Assembly: GCA_027293415.1 (NCBI GenBank) | Contig: JAPUFX010000053.1 | Coordinates: 14,874-78,873, forward strand | Source: Candidatus Methylomirabilota bacterium | GTDB lineage: Bacteria > Methylomirabilota > Methylomirabilia > Methylomirabilales > CSP1-5 | Reading direction: 5' to 3' | DNA: 64,000 bases | Part shown: piece by piece, positions 49,441 through 58,639 of the stretch | How the letters are laid out: the number at the start of each line of letters is the position of its first letter | Position numbering within the stretch: position 1 is the stretch's first letter | The notes under the pieces: generated by a model | Database searches by the model: none | Seen by the model: only the letters and a program-made list of their open reading frames with translations | Told to the model about the DNA's origin: nothing | Made by a program: the position numbers and the translations under genes

Positions 49441-50094
49441 TTGTTGGGCGCCAGGAGGTTATATTGCGTGTGGTATCGGGCCTGTCAAATTTTCCTCCCA
49501 CTGATCGTGCCGGTTTTCCGCTTCCGGGTGGTGGGAAAGGAAGAAGTCCCTACCACGGGAGGCGTGATTCTAGCGGCCAATCACGTCAGTTATGTGGATC
49601 CTCTGTTCATTGGCGTGGCCCTCGTAGAACGGCAGCTTCACTCCATGGCGAAAGAGGAGCTCTTTCGATGGCCCCTTTTTGGTGCGTTCATCCGAGGGCT
49701 TCATGCCTTTCCGGTCCGCAGGGGGAGGGTGAACCATGCGGGAATTCGGCAGTGTCTGCGCCTTCTCGATCAAGGAGAGGTTCTCTTGGTGTTTCCTGAA
49801 GGAACACGCGGGGATGGAGTGGCTTTGCAGAAGGCGGAGGAGGGAATCGGGCTTCTGGCCGCACGCGCCGGTTGTCCAGTGATTCCCGTGTACGTCCAAG
49901 GCACGGACAAAGTCCTGCCGAGGGGTCAACGGATCCCACGAGTGCACCCCGTGACGGTCTATTTCGGTCACCCGTTGCGGGTGGCGGGTGAAAATGCTGG
50001 GAAGGAAGGGCGATGGAGTTACCGACGCCTCAGCGAACAGGTGATGGAGGAGATCGCCGAGCTTCAAGCCAGGGCTCGTGCACCCGAGGCGTGA
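49441..50094 (+). CDS. plsC: 1-acyl-sn-glycerol-3-phosphate acyltransferase
   Basis: NHVSYVDP (HX4D) and FPEGTR motifs. Confidence 0.85.
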   Translation: MLGARRLYCVWYRACQIFLPLIVPVFRFRVVGKEEVPTTGGVILAANHVSYVDPLFIGVALVERQLHSMAKEELFRWPLFGAFIRGLHAFPVRRGRVNHAGIRQCLRLLDQGEVLLVFPEGTRGDGVALQKAEEGIGLLAARAGCPVIPVYVQGTDKVLPRGQRIPRVHPVTVYFGHPLRVAGENAGKEGRWSYRRLSEQVMEEIAELQARARAPEA

Positions 50095-50142
50095 GACCAT
50101 GGCCTATTATTACAAATCTATTGCCAGGAGGGGCAACCAGGT

Positions 50143-51822
50143 ATGGTAGAGACAGAGCGTGATCGTCGGGGGCGAGAAACGGATCGGGACTTGCACGGAG
50201 TAATGGAACAGCCGGAATCTACCATTGACATGCAACAGATCTACGACCAAACCTTCAAGGACATTGTGGAAGGGGAGATCGTGAAGGGGAAGGTCCTGGC
50301 GATTGGACCGGATGAGGTTATGATCGACATTGGCTACAAGTCCGAGGGGGGTATTCCGCTCAAAGAGTTTCTGAACCCCCAAGGACAGCTGACGATCCAG
50401 GTGGGCGATGTCATTGACGCCTACCTCGAATCCAAGGAAGACAGCGAGGGGCTGATCGTCTTAAGCCGCGAAAAGGCGGAAAAAATTAAGGTCTGGGAGG
50501 AAATCAGCAAGGTCTACGAAAAGGGGGGGGTCGTAGAGGCGACCATTGTAGGGAAGACGAAGGGAGGGTTGATCGCCGACATCGGGGTCCGGGCGTTCCT
50601 CCCCGGCTCGCAGGTGGACCTGCGTCCCGTGCGGGATCTTGATAAAGTGATTGGCAAGACGTTTCCCATGAAGATTATCAAACTGAACCAGCGACGGGGC
50701 AACATCGTCCTCTCTCGACGGGAGCTTCTGGAAGAAGAGCGGAAAGACCTCAAGGAAAAGACGCTGGCCACGTTAGAAGAAGGGAAGATTTTGAAGGGTA
50801 AGATCAAGAACCTCACAGAATACGGCGCCTTTATTGACCTTGGGGGCCTGGACGGCCTCCTACATATCACCGACATGTCCTGGGGCCGAATCGGACACCC
50901 CTCGGAGCTTTTTGCGGTGGGGGACGAGGTTGAGGTAACAGTCCTCAAGTTCGACCGACAGGCAGAACGGGTTTCCCTGGGTTACAAACAGCGTCTGGCG
51001 GACCCGTGGGGAGACGTCATTCAGAAGTTCGCCCCGGGAACTAAGGTGAAGGGAAAGGTGGTCTCGATCACCGATTACGGAGCCTTCGTCGAGTTAGATC
51101 CAGGAGTGGAAGGTCTCGTCCATATCTCGGAGATGTCCTGGACCCAGCGGGTCAAGCATCCTTCCAAGGTGGTGACCGTGGGAGACGTGGTGGACGTGGT
51201 AGTCCTGGATATTGATCGGTCTGCCCGGCGGATCTCACTTGGGATAAAACAAGTGGAACCCAATCCGTGGGACGCCTTGGAACAGCGGTACCCCGTGGGG
51301 ACCCGCCTCGAGGGAAAAGTCCGAAACCTCGTTGACTTCGGTGCCTTCATCGAACTGGAGGACGGGATTGACGGACTCATCCATGTTTCCGACATGTCTT
51401 GGACCAAACGCGTGAAGCATCCTTCGGAGATCCTGAAGAAGGGAGATCGCGTCGAGGCCATCGTCCTGCATGTCGATAAGATAGCCCGGCGCATCTCCCT
51501 TGGGCTGAAGCAAACCGAACCCGACCCTTGGAAGACCACGGTCCCCGAGAAATACCGGATCGGGATGGATGTCACAGGCAAGGTGGTCCGGATCACCGAC
51601 TTCGGGGCTTTCGTGGAGCTGCCCGACGGCATTGAGGGATTGCTCCACGTCTCCGAGCTGTCCGAGGGACGGGTGAACCGGCCGGAGGATGTGATCAAGG
51701 CCGGGGAGGAATTGAACCTTAAGATCATAAAGTTGGATACGGGTGACCGCAAACTGGGCTTGAGCCTCAGGGCATTCCAGGAAGCGACCCAAGAACAGGA
51801 AGGGAAAGAAGAAGGGGAGTAA
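50143..51822 (+). CDS. rpsA: 30S ribosomal protein S1
   Basis: Six S1 repeats (e.g. GKVVSITDYGAFVEL, GLVHISEMSW). The start may be the Met at 50203. Confidence 0.95.
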   Translation: MVETERDRRGRETDRDLHGVMEQPESTIDMQQIYDQTFKDIVEGEIVKGKVLAIGPDEVMIDIGYKSEGGIPLKEFLNPQGQLTIQVGDVIDAYLESKEDSEGLIVLSREKAEKIKVWEEISKVYEKGGVVEATIVGKTKGGLIADIGVRAFLPGSQVDLRPVRDLDKVIGKTFPMKIIKLNQRRGNIVLSRRELLEEERKDLKEKTLATLEEGKILKGKIKNLTEYGAFIDLGGLDGLLHITDMSWGRIGHPSELFAVGDEVEVTVLKFDRQAERVSLGYKQRLADPWGDVIQKFAPGTKVKGKVVSITDYGAFVELDPGVEGLVHISEMSWTQRVKHPSKVVTVGDVVDVVVLDIDRSARRISLGIKQVEPNPWDALEQRYPVGTRLEGKVRNLVDFGAFIELEDGIDGLIHVSDMSWTKRVKHPSEILKKGDRVEAIVLHVDKIARRISLGLKQTEPDPWKTTVPEKYRIGMDVTGKVVRITDFGAFVELPDGIEGLLHVSELSEGRVNRPEDVIKAGEELNLKIIKLDTGDRKLGLSLRAFQEATQEQEGKEEGE

Positions 51823-51825
51823 CCG

Positions 51826-52728
51826 ATGTCAGGGGGACGGAAGCGTTCCTTCTTACGGGCTATGTTGATCACGGGAGGGATTGGACTGTTCTTCTTCGTC
51901 CTGATCTTCGGTGCAGCCGCCCTGCTTAGCAACCGAGAGCATTTCGGGGGCCCGAAGATGGCCCTGGTGAAAGTTGATGGAATCATCAGCGAGTCAGAAG
52001 AAGTTATAGAGCAGATTCGTCATCACCTTGAGAATCCAACCGTCCAGGCTTTCGTGATCCGCATTAACAGTCCAGGTGGGGGAGTGGCAGCGTCTCAGGA
52101 GATTCACGAGGAGATTAGAAAGATTCGTCAAGATCACGGCAAACCCGTAGTAGCCTCCATGGCCACCGTGGCGGCCTCAGGAGGGTACTATATCGCCACC
52201 GCTGCCGACAAGATCGTGGCCAATCCGGGGACCATCACGGGAAGCATTGGGGTGATCATACAGATCCCCAATTTCTCGGGGCTTCTCCAAAAAGTAGGGA
52301 TTCGGTCGGAGGTCATAAAAAGCGGACCCTACAAAGATTTGGCCTCGGCCACCCGAGAGCTGACACCGGAAGAGCGGGAGTTGCTCCAGCGGCTCATTGA
52401 TGACATTCACGACCAGTTCATCCAAGCGGTGGTGGAGGGACGCGGCCTTTCTCGAGAAAAGGTAGAGATGGTTGCAGATGGGCGAATTCTGAGCGGCCGA
52501 CAGGCTCTAGAGTTGGGACTGGTGGATCAGCTTGGGAACCTCCAAGATGCCATCGCGACGGCAGCAAAAATGGGGAATATCCCTGGAGAGCCCCAGATCG
52601 TCCAGGTAGAAGAGCGCAAGTTTTCTTTGCTCCGGTTGTTGCTGGGAAGCAGGGCCACGGCGTGGCCACAAAAGTTACTGGGAACGGAGGAAAGTCAGTT
52701 GTCCGTCGATTATCTGTGGCAGTGGTGA
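51826..52728 (+). CDS. sppA: signal peptide peptidase SppA (36K type)
   Basis: N-terminal TM, SPGGGV, AASGGYYIA carrying the catalytic Ser. Confidence 0.88.
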   Translation: MSGGRKRSFLRAMLITGGIGLFFFVLIFGAAALLSNREHFGGPKMALVKVDGIISESEEVIEQIRHHLENPTVQAFVIRINSPGGGVAASQEIHEEIRKIRQDHGKPVVASMATVAASGGYYIATAADKIVANPGTITGSIGVIIQIPNFSGLLQKVGIRSEVIKSGPYKDLASATRELTPEERELLQRLIDDIHDQFIQAVVEGRGLSREKVEMVADGRILSGRQALELGLVDQLGNLQDAIATAAKMGNIPGEPQIVQVEERKFSLLRLLLGSRATAWPQKLLGTEESQLSVDYLWQW

Positions 52729-52755
52729 ACCCGCGGTGAGGAAGGGAGGGGTGCA

Positions 52756-53037
52756 ATGACTAAGGCCGATCTGGTAGAAAAGATCGCAGCAACAGTCAAT
52801 CTCACGAAGAAGGAGACCGAGGTTGTCATGGATACTATGTTTGACGGCATCGCTAAAGCATTGGCCTCGAGCAACGACGGCAAGGTCGAACTTCGCGGCT
52901 TCGGGAGCTTTCGGGTCCGGCGCCGGGGGGCCCGTCAGGGTCGAAACCCCCAGACGGGTGCGATGGTCAGTGTCCCAGCCAAGAAGGTGCCCTATTTTAA
53001 GCCGGGAAAGGAGCTGAAGGCCCTCATCGACAGGTAG
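52756..53037 (+). CDS. ihfB: HU/IHF-family DNA-binding protein, IHF-beta-like
   Basis: RGFGSFRVRRRGARQGRNPQTG...YFKPGKELK. The cmk-rpsA-ihfB synteny matches enterobacteria. Confidence 0.8.
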   Translation: MTKADLVEKIAATVNLTKKETEVVMDTMFDGIAKALASSNDGKVELRGFGSFRVRRRGARQGRNPQTGAMVSVPAKKVPYFKPGKELKALIDR

Positions 53038-53094
53038 GCCTCCTTCTGGTACAAGCCCATTCGGACTCAGACCTGTTCGGTCGGCCATCGATTC

Positions 53095-54894
53095 ATGGAG
53101 CAGTTTACGCACCCTGGGAAAAGCGATGTCCAATCGCCTCGCTTCATCGAGGGAAGGACCGAAGAGATTCAAGACCTCTTCGGGGTTCCCCTGCCTACCC
53201 TCCCGGAAGACTACGATTCCGCAGGAGACCACCCGGTTTTCCTCGTCCAACTTCATCCCCGCCTCCAGCCGGCTTTCCTGACCTTTCTCGGGGCGGCTTC
53301 TCGCTCCCTCATGGCAGGGGGGAGGGAGCCGCAGGAGTTTCAGGACGCCGAGCAGTCCTATTTCCAGCTGCTGCTAGAAATTGCAACGAATATCATCGAG
53401 AACGAACGCCGGTCTGGATTGCTGAATCTCTTCTGGCTGGCTCACTTCAAGGAAATCGCGGCCGCGGTGCAGGATTACTTCACTCGGGAAGGGATCGCGC
53501 CCTTTTTCAAATACCAGATGCACCCACTGGTCCGTGGTTTCTACAGGCTCCTGCATCGATCGACCTGGAATCACTTTTCGAGCACAGCCCCTCAGACACT
53601 CGAATATAACCTTGGGCTCAACTTCAACCACCACCTGATCGAAAGCCTCTTCGAGGATCAATTGCCCTTCACCGAGGTGGACGTGGCCCGTGCGAACCTG
53701 GAGGGGATCTTGGTCCCACAAAATCGGAGATTTCGTCTGAGTGGGGTAGAGTACAGAGAATTGCGAGATGTCTTGCAGGACCGGATTCGCCTTGGCCTCA
53801 CCAAACAAGAGCGTGCCCTGATCGACCTCATCAAGACCCACCTGCCAGGAGTGGATCCCTCCTCGTATGATGAGAAAGCCGCTCAACTGAAGATGGTATT
53901 TCAGCCCGCCATCCTCGGCTATCTCTTTACTGACTACGATGAGACCTTGGGGCGGCTCACCACCTCCGCCCAGCTCACGGCGGGGCGAGACCGTCGGGGC
54001 GGATGGCAGCATCTCTTGCATGACTATCTCGATTTTATCCAGGCAGTCCGTCGGTGTGAAATCATCGACCGCTTCCGACGCCACATTGCCCTGATCCCTC
54101 CAGGACTCGATGAGATCCAGCTAAAACAATACTCTACTGAGGATCGGCTTTTCCAGTTTTCCGAAACCACCGAGGTACTCAATAGCGCGCGAAAGGTGAC
54201 CATTCTTTTCACGGATCTCCGGGGCTTTACTGCGGCTTCGGAGGGTGGGATCTCCGAGGTGGAACTGACGCGATCCCTCTACGCCATCTTTGACCCCATG
54301 GCTGGCATCGTCAAGCGTTTCAAGGGGAAGATCGACAAATTCACCGGTGATGGAGTCATGATCACCTTTGGGAGTACTCAGATCAGCCCTGAGGATGAGA
54401 TGAACGCCCTGCGAACCGCTGTCGCAATTCAGACGCTGGTAAAAGACCTTCAGAAGCAAGGGAAGATGCCCTATCAGATGGGCATCAGTCTTCATACTGG
54501 TCGTGCCCAAATAGGTCACTTTCTCCCCGATAAAAAATCTGTCGATGTCACGGTAATCGGCCGCCATGTCAATATCGCCAGCCGCGTCGCTGGCTCTGGA
54601 AGCAGCCCCGTGGAGGTGCAGAGCGAGAAACGAGCGACCCCTGGGAGTGCCGATCAAGAGGTCTGGATCGATCGGCACGGTACCCTCTATAATTTCGGGA
54701 TCACAGCGACCCGGGAACACGTGGAGGCCCTGCGCCAAAGTAGCTCTTGGGAGATCGAGGAAGGGAAAAAGGGCACGCGATACACCGTGTTCGATCCCGA
54801 ACTGGGAAAAAAGATCTTGATTGAGTATGTAGGGGATGCTAAGTTAAAAGGTGTGGAGCGGGCTCAGCCCGTCTACCGGGTGAATGCCTCTTGA
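53095..54894 (+). CDS. class III adenylate/guanylate cyclase with about 350-aa unknown N-terminal domain
   Basis: ILFTDLRGFT and KFTGDGVM carry the metal-binding Asp residues and the substrate Lys. GRHVNIASR carries the Asn/Arg pair. Confidence 0.8.
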   Translation: MEQFTHPGKSDVQSPRFIEGRTEEIQDLFGVPLPTLPEDYDSAGDHPVFLVQLHPRLQPAFLTFLGAASRSLMAGGREPQEFQDAEQSYFQLLLEIATNIIENERRSGLLNLFWLAHFKEIAAAVQDYFTREGIAPFFKYQMHPLVRGFYRLLHRSTWNHFSSTAPQTLEYNLGLNFNHHLIESLFEDQLPFTEVDVARANLEGILVPQNRRFRLSGVEYRELRDVLQDRIRLGLTKQERALIDLIKTHLPGVDPSSYDEKAAQLKMVFQPAILGYLFTDYDETLGRLTTSAQLTAGRDRRGGWQHLLHDYLDFIQAVRRCEIIDRFRRHIALIPPGLDEIQLKQYSTEDRLFQFSETTEVLNSARKVTILFTDLRGFTAASEGGISEVELTRSLYAIFDPMAGIVKRFKGKIDKFTGDGVMITFGSTQISPEDEMNALRTAVAIQTLVKDLQKQGKMPYQMGISLHTGRAQIGHFLPDKKSVDVTVIGRHVNIASRVAGSGSSPVEVQSEKRATPGSADQEVWIDRHGTLYNFGITATREHVEALRQSSSWEIEEGKKGTRYTVFDPELGKKILIEYVGDAKLKGVERAQPVYRVNAS

Positions 54895-54918
54895 CGGTTT
54901 GAGAAGGCCGATGATAGA

Positions 54919-55404
54919 ATGATTTCTACCCTTTGGGCGCCGTGGCGGATGCAGTATATCGTCGGATCGAGATCCGACGGGTGCATTTTGTGCGAGAAGG
55001 CGAAGGAGGGGGAGGACGCGAAAAACCTCATCCTGGCCCGGGGTCCTTTTGCCTATGTTCTCATGAACATCTACCCCTATAGCAGCGGCCACCTGATGAT
55101 TGCTCCGTACCGCCATCTGGAGTGCCTGGGAAAGCTCTCCGCAGAGGAAACGTCGGAAATGATGGCCTGGGCGTCCAAAAGCGAGCACATTCTGCGGGAC
55201 GTCTTCCACGCGGAGGGGTTCAACATCGGCCTAAACATAGGAAAGGTGGCCGGGGCGGGGATTGATGACCACGTACACATGCACGTGGTCCCGCGTTGGA
55301 ATGGCGACACGAACTTTATGCCCGTCCTGGGCGAGACCAAGGTAATTCCGGAGTACCTCGAAGAGACGTACGCGAAGCTCTTGCCCTCTTATCAGGCTGA
55401 TTGA
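54919..55404 (+). CDS. HIT-family nucleotide hydrolase/transferase (GalT/Ap4A-phosphorylase-like)
   Basis: LWAPWRMQYI, and the histidine triad HVHMHVVPR. Confidence 0.8.
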   Translation: MISTLWAPWRMQYIVGSRSDGCILCEKAKEGEDAKNLILARGPFAYVLMNIYPYSSGHLMIAPYRHLECLGKLSAEETSEMMAWASKSEHILRDVFHAEGFNIGLNIGKVAGAGIDDHVHMHVVPRWNGDTNFMPVLGETKVIPEYLEETYAKLLPSYQAD

Positions 55405-55416
55405 GCGAAGGGGAGA

Positions 55417-55908
55417 ATGGCAATGATGATCGGGATGACAGTCCGGGGGATCGCCCTTGATCCAATTACCAATATGCCTATCATCATCCTGAAAGATCAG
55501 GAGGAGAAACGGGCCCTCCCCATCTGGGTTGGGATCTTTGAGGCAAACGCCATCGCCCTCGAGCTCGAGAAGATCGCGACGCCACGGCCCATGACCCATG
55601 ACCTGATCAAAAACATCCTCGACGGGGTCGGGGCCTCAGTGCAGCAGATTGTGATCAACGACCTGAAAGAGAACACATTTTTTGCGGTTATCGAGGTCAA
55701 TTATAACGGTAATGTGGTAAATATCGACTCGCGGCCGTCCGACGCAATTGCGTTGGCGCTTCGGCTCAATGCCCCCATTTTCGTCACGGACAAGGTCGTC
55801 AGCAAGGCCAAGAGTATGGACATCGCTGAGGAGACGGAGGACAGCGATCGCTGGCGCGAGTGGCTCGAGAATCTGAAGCCGGAGGACTTTGGTAAGTACA
55901 AGATGTAA
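55417..55908 (+). CDS. bifunctional nuclease family (DUF151/BFN) protein
   Basis: [17 protein letters not shown]...[20 protein letters not shown]. Confidence 0.75.
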   Translation: MAMMIGMTVRGIALDPITNMPIIILKDQEEKRALPIWVGIFEANAIALELEKIATPRPMTHDLIKNILDGVGASVQQIVINDLKENTFFAVIEVNYNGNVVNIDSRPSDAIALALRLNAPIFVTDKVVSKAKSMDIAEETEDSDRWREWLENLKPEDFGKYKM

Positions 55909-55941
55909 GTCTGTACAGGGGTGGTACTGTCCCTTATATAT

Positions 55942-55974
55942 GGGCCCGTAAGACGTGACGGGCCCTTTTTCTTT
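55942..55974 (+). terminator. intrinsic terminator
   Basis: GGGCCCGT...ACGGGCCC followed by TTTTTCTTT. Confidence 0.85.
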
Positions 55975-56103
55975 GTGGTGGCGGGCACACTATAGGTGGG
56001 AGAAAAGTGGGGTGGTGATTCGTTTTCGACAGACTAGGAAGGAGAGGATGGGGATATGTGTTAGAGACACATTAGTTTACATAATGTTTCTTATCTGAAC
56101 AAC

Positions 56104-56799
56104 CTACCGCTCCAATAAAGCCAATTGCTCCTCCGCTTGCCTCGACCATATGCTTCCTGGATATGCGTCTACGACGCCACGATAGACTGCGACCGCCTCC
56201 TCTTTTTGTTGAGACTGTTGGAGGGAGCGTGCAAGGCCCATGAGCGCCTCGACGCTTAATGAGTGCCCCCGGTACCGCTGGGACAGATTTCGAAAGATAG
56301 ATGCCGCCACTTTGTACTGTCCTTGGGTTTCCATGGCATAGGCTCTTCCGAGCGCAGCCAGAAATACCCACGATCCCTTTGGGTATTTCTCGAGGTAGCG
56401 TTGGTAAGCGACCAAGGCCTCTTGATATCTGCCCATCGCGTATAAGGTGTGACCAATCTGGAGCAGCGCCTGCTCCGCCGCACTTGACGAGGGATATTCC
56501 TCGCGTATCTGGTTGAGCAAAGGCAGCGCTTGGTCGGGGGCCGTGGCCGTTTCCTCCGTACCTTGTCCGGCTGCGGTCACCTCCGGGGGCCTTTGCAGCA
56601 TCTGCAGGGCGTCGGTCAGCATGAACTGGGCCGCCTCCTCCTGCTTTGCTTGAAAGGTCCGATAGCCCCACCAACCAAAGACAACTACCAGCAGCGCCAG
56701 CACCCCCAGCGTGAGAAGCTTGCGCATCTCGTATAGGTGATCACCGAATTCCTTGGGGGTCACACGACGCGGTTTGATGATTGGGCCTTTGAGTCGCAT
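56104..56799 (-). CDS. membrane-anchored TPR-repeat protein (YfgM/YbgF-like)
   Basis: One N-terminal TM (LLTLGVLALLVVVFGWWGY), followed by TPR-like repeats. Confidence 0.7.
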   Translation of the reverse strand: MRLKGPIIKPRRVTPKEFGDHLYEMRKLLTLGVLALLVVVFGWWGYRTFQAKQEEAAQFMLTDALQMLQRPPEVTAAGQGTEETATAPDQALPLLNQIREEYPSSSAAEQALLQIGHTLYAMGRYQEALVAYQRYLEKYPKGSWVFLAALGRAYAMETQGQYKVAASIFRNLSQRYRGHSLSVEALMGLARSLQQSQQKEEAVAVYRGVVDAYPGSIWSRQAEEQLALLER

Positions 56800-57117
56800 C
56801 TATTCCTGAATCCTTTCTTTTCTTGCTCTTCTAGCACTTCAGCGCGCTTCCTGTCAAATCCCAGTTCGTCCCCTTTTGGTACGGCTAAGCCCTTTTTTCA
56901 CTCTCTAGGGCACCATTGCGGGCACAGCTCGATATATGCTACTTAACTTTATGGGTTGCACCGTAATTGTTTGACTATAAAGTAATATATATGTCAAATA
57001 TGGCACCCCTACCCTACTACTAGAGTGCTCCAAGGAGAAGCGAGAAGACGGATGAAGAATTTATAGAGAAGCATCGGGAGTTCTTTTTTACGCTTCACAG
57101 AGGGTCGAGAAGGTGGG

Positions 57118-57849
57118 CTACGGTTCGTTCTTGATCACAGCGAGTGCTTTAAGGTACCGCCTATACTGTAGGAAGCCGGTGTCCTCCACAAACCGCAGGA
57201 GGTGGACGCCGTGGGGGAGAATCTGGTCAGCGACTTCATCACTTTGCCACATCACTTCTCCCTCGGCGGTCACTGTCCCTTTGGGGAGTTCCATGCGAAG
57301 GCAAAGCATGGTCCCAGGTGCCAGCTTCTCGGACAGGAAGACATGGAGGCCGCGAAGGCTCGCGTTGATCGCGACCCCCGCGACTTCCCGGCTTGGCTCG
57401 CCATCCCCTGCAATGACGCACCGGACCGGCAGCTCTGCGGGAAGGCGGGGATCGCCTCGCCGTGGCGTCTCCCGCTGAGCCCTGCGCGTGGCTGAATTCA
57501 CTACCTCGATGAGGCTTTTAGCCTCAAAGGGCTTCGCGAGGCAGAACTCCGCTCCGGCGCGAAAGGCCTGCTCGGCGTCCTGCAAGTCCGATGAAACCGT
57601 GATGCCGACCACGGGAATGTCTGCGAGGGTACCATCCTGTTTGAGGCGCTGGCACGTTCTGACCCCATCGAGCCCGGGCAGTGTCATGTCCAGGAGGATG
57701 ACAGCAGGCTGCGCCGTCTGAGCCAGTTTGATCCCAGCCAGGCCATCGGGGGCCTCAAGGACTCGAAATCCCGCACCGGTGAGCACCGAGCCTGCTAGCT
57801 CACGCAAGACCTGATCATCGTCAATAACTAAGATGGGGCGTGTCTGCAC
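57118..57849 (-). CDS. response regulator receiver fused to a C-terminal PilZ domain
   Basis: ILVIDDD...ILLDMTLPGLDG...KPF receiver domain. The C-terminal part has RRGDPR and INASLRG (PilZ RxxxR / D-N.S..G). GTG at 57849 is preceded by GGAGA; ATG at 57885 is the alternative start. Confidence 0.8.
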   Translation of the reverse strand: MQTRPILVIDDDQVLRELAGSVLTGAGFRVLEAPDGLAGIKLAQTAQPAVILLDMTLPGLDGVRTCQRLKQDGTLADIPVVGITVSSDLQDAEQAFRAGAEFCLAKPFEAKSLIEVVNSATRRAQRETPRRGDPRLPAELPVRCVIAGDGEPSREVAGVAINASLRGLHVFLSEKLAPGTMLCLRMELPKGTVTAEGEVMWQSDEVADQILPHGVHLLRFVEDTGFLQYRRYLKALAVIKNEP

Positions 57850-58237
57850 TATTTTCTCCTGATGGTAGCCCCAACCCGGACCCATCCTCTGTGATTGACT
57901 CGATGTAGTCCCTGATCACCTGGCGCGTCTCCTCTGAGAGGTCGAGAAATTCCAACCCGGTGTGGTAGATCAACGCCTGCTCCCCATCCGGCTGCAGCTC
58001 TATCCGGTTCACCACCGAACGGATCACGCGGCACCTCAAGCGGAGCCTCTTCCCTTCCAGGTCGAGGTCCAAGGAGGAAGTGGTGCCCGGTCGGACGACC
58101 TGGGAATGTTCGATCAATACCCCCCCGAAGCTAACGTCGACGAGAGACGCATCATGCACGGCGCTAACACGCCCAGTGGCCTTGCCTGCCACGGTAAATC
58201 GGGGATGCTCCCGCCTGTCTCGCTGTCCTTCTTCCAA
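57821..58237 (-). CDS. PilZ-domain c-di-GMP-binding protein
   Basis: RREHPR and DVSFGGVLI motifs. Confidence 0.8.
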   Translation of the reverse strand: MEEGQRDRREHPRFTVAGKATGRVSAVHDASLVDVSFGGVLIEHSQVVRPGTTSSLDLDLEGKRLRLRCRVIRSVVNRIELQPDGEQALIYHTGLEFLDLSEETRQVIRDYIESITEDGSGLGLPSGENSADTPHLSY

Positions 58238-58562
58238 CGCAACTCCTCGGCGATTATATGGCGGGTGAGATGCAACCTATGCTGAGGTTAGCAAAGGGCA
58301 TGCCACTCACATAGAGCCTTAATTTCAAGGAGTTACGGCTTCCTGGAGTCCAAATTGACCCCTTGTCGACAGGCAACGTGGCTTATTATGCCGTGCCTTG
58401 CTTGCTATGCGCCTCGTTTGCCACTGCAGGGCTGAGCCGAACTCCATGAAGCGGGCAAGTCGAAGCGGTGGGAGCGATACCCCCTGGACGAGGCGAAGGG
58501 GACTTTGTGTGCCTCTTACTCGGACTTAGCAACTACGTGCGGGGGGATAATTGAGAAATTTC

Positions 58563-58639
58563 TGGTGGGCCTGGCAGGACTCGAACCTGCGGCACGAGGT
58601 TTAGGAAACCTCTGCTCTGTCCACCTGAGCTACAGGCCC
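58563..58639 (-). tRNA. tRNA-Arg (anticodon CCT), CCA encoded
   Basis: The reverse complement folds as a cloverleaf. Acceptor GGGCCTG/CAGGCCC, D stem GCTC/GAGC, anticodon stem GAGGT/ACCTC with loop TTCCTAA, T arm GCAGG-TTCGAGT-CCTGC, then ACCA. Confidence 0.95.

Noticed and set aside
51075-51986. 303-aa ORF on the - strand
   Set aside because: Antisense to rpsA/sppA, with Ser/Arg/Pro-rich translation.
56800-57117. AT-rich 318-bp intergenic region as an sRNA or sigma54 promoter
   Set aside because: A TGGCAC-like string lacks the TTGC partner and points the wrong way. There is no convincing promoter-terminator pair for an sRNA. It probably just carries the TPR-gene promoter.
58238-58562. Second tRNA or tRNA fragment (att repeat) downstream of tRNA-Arg
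   Set aside because: GGTGGGAGCGATACCCCC superficially resembles a tRNA 3' end but lacks a T-arm (no GTTCGAA-type loop). It does not repeat the tRNA-Arg sequence.
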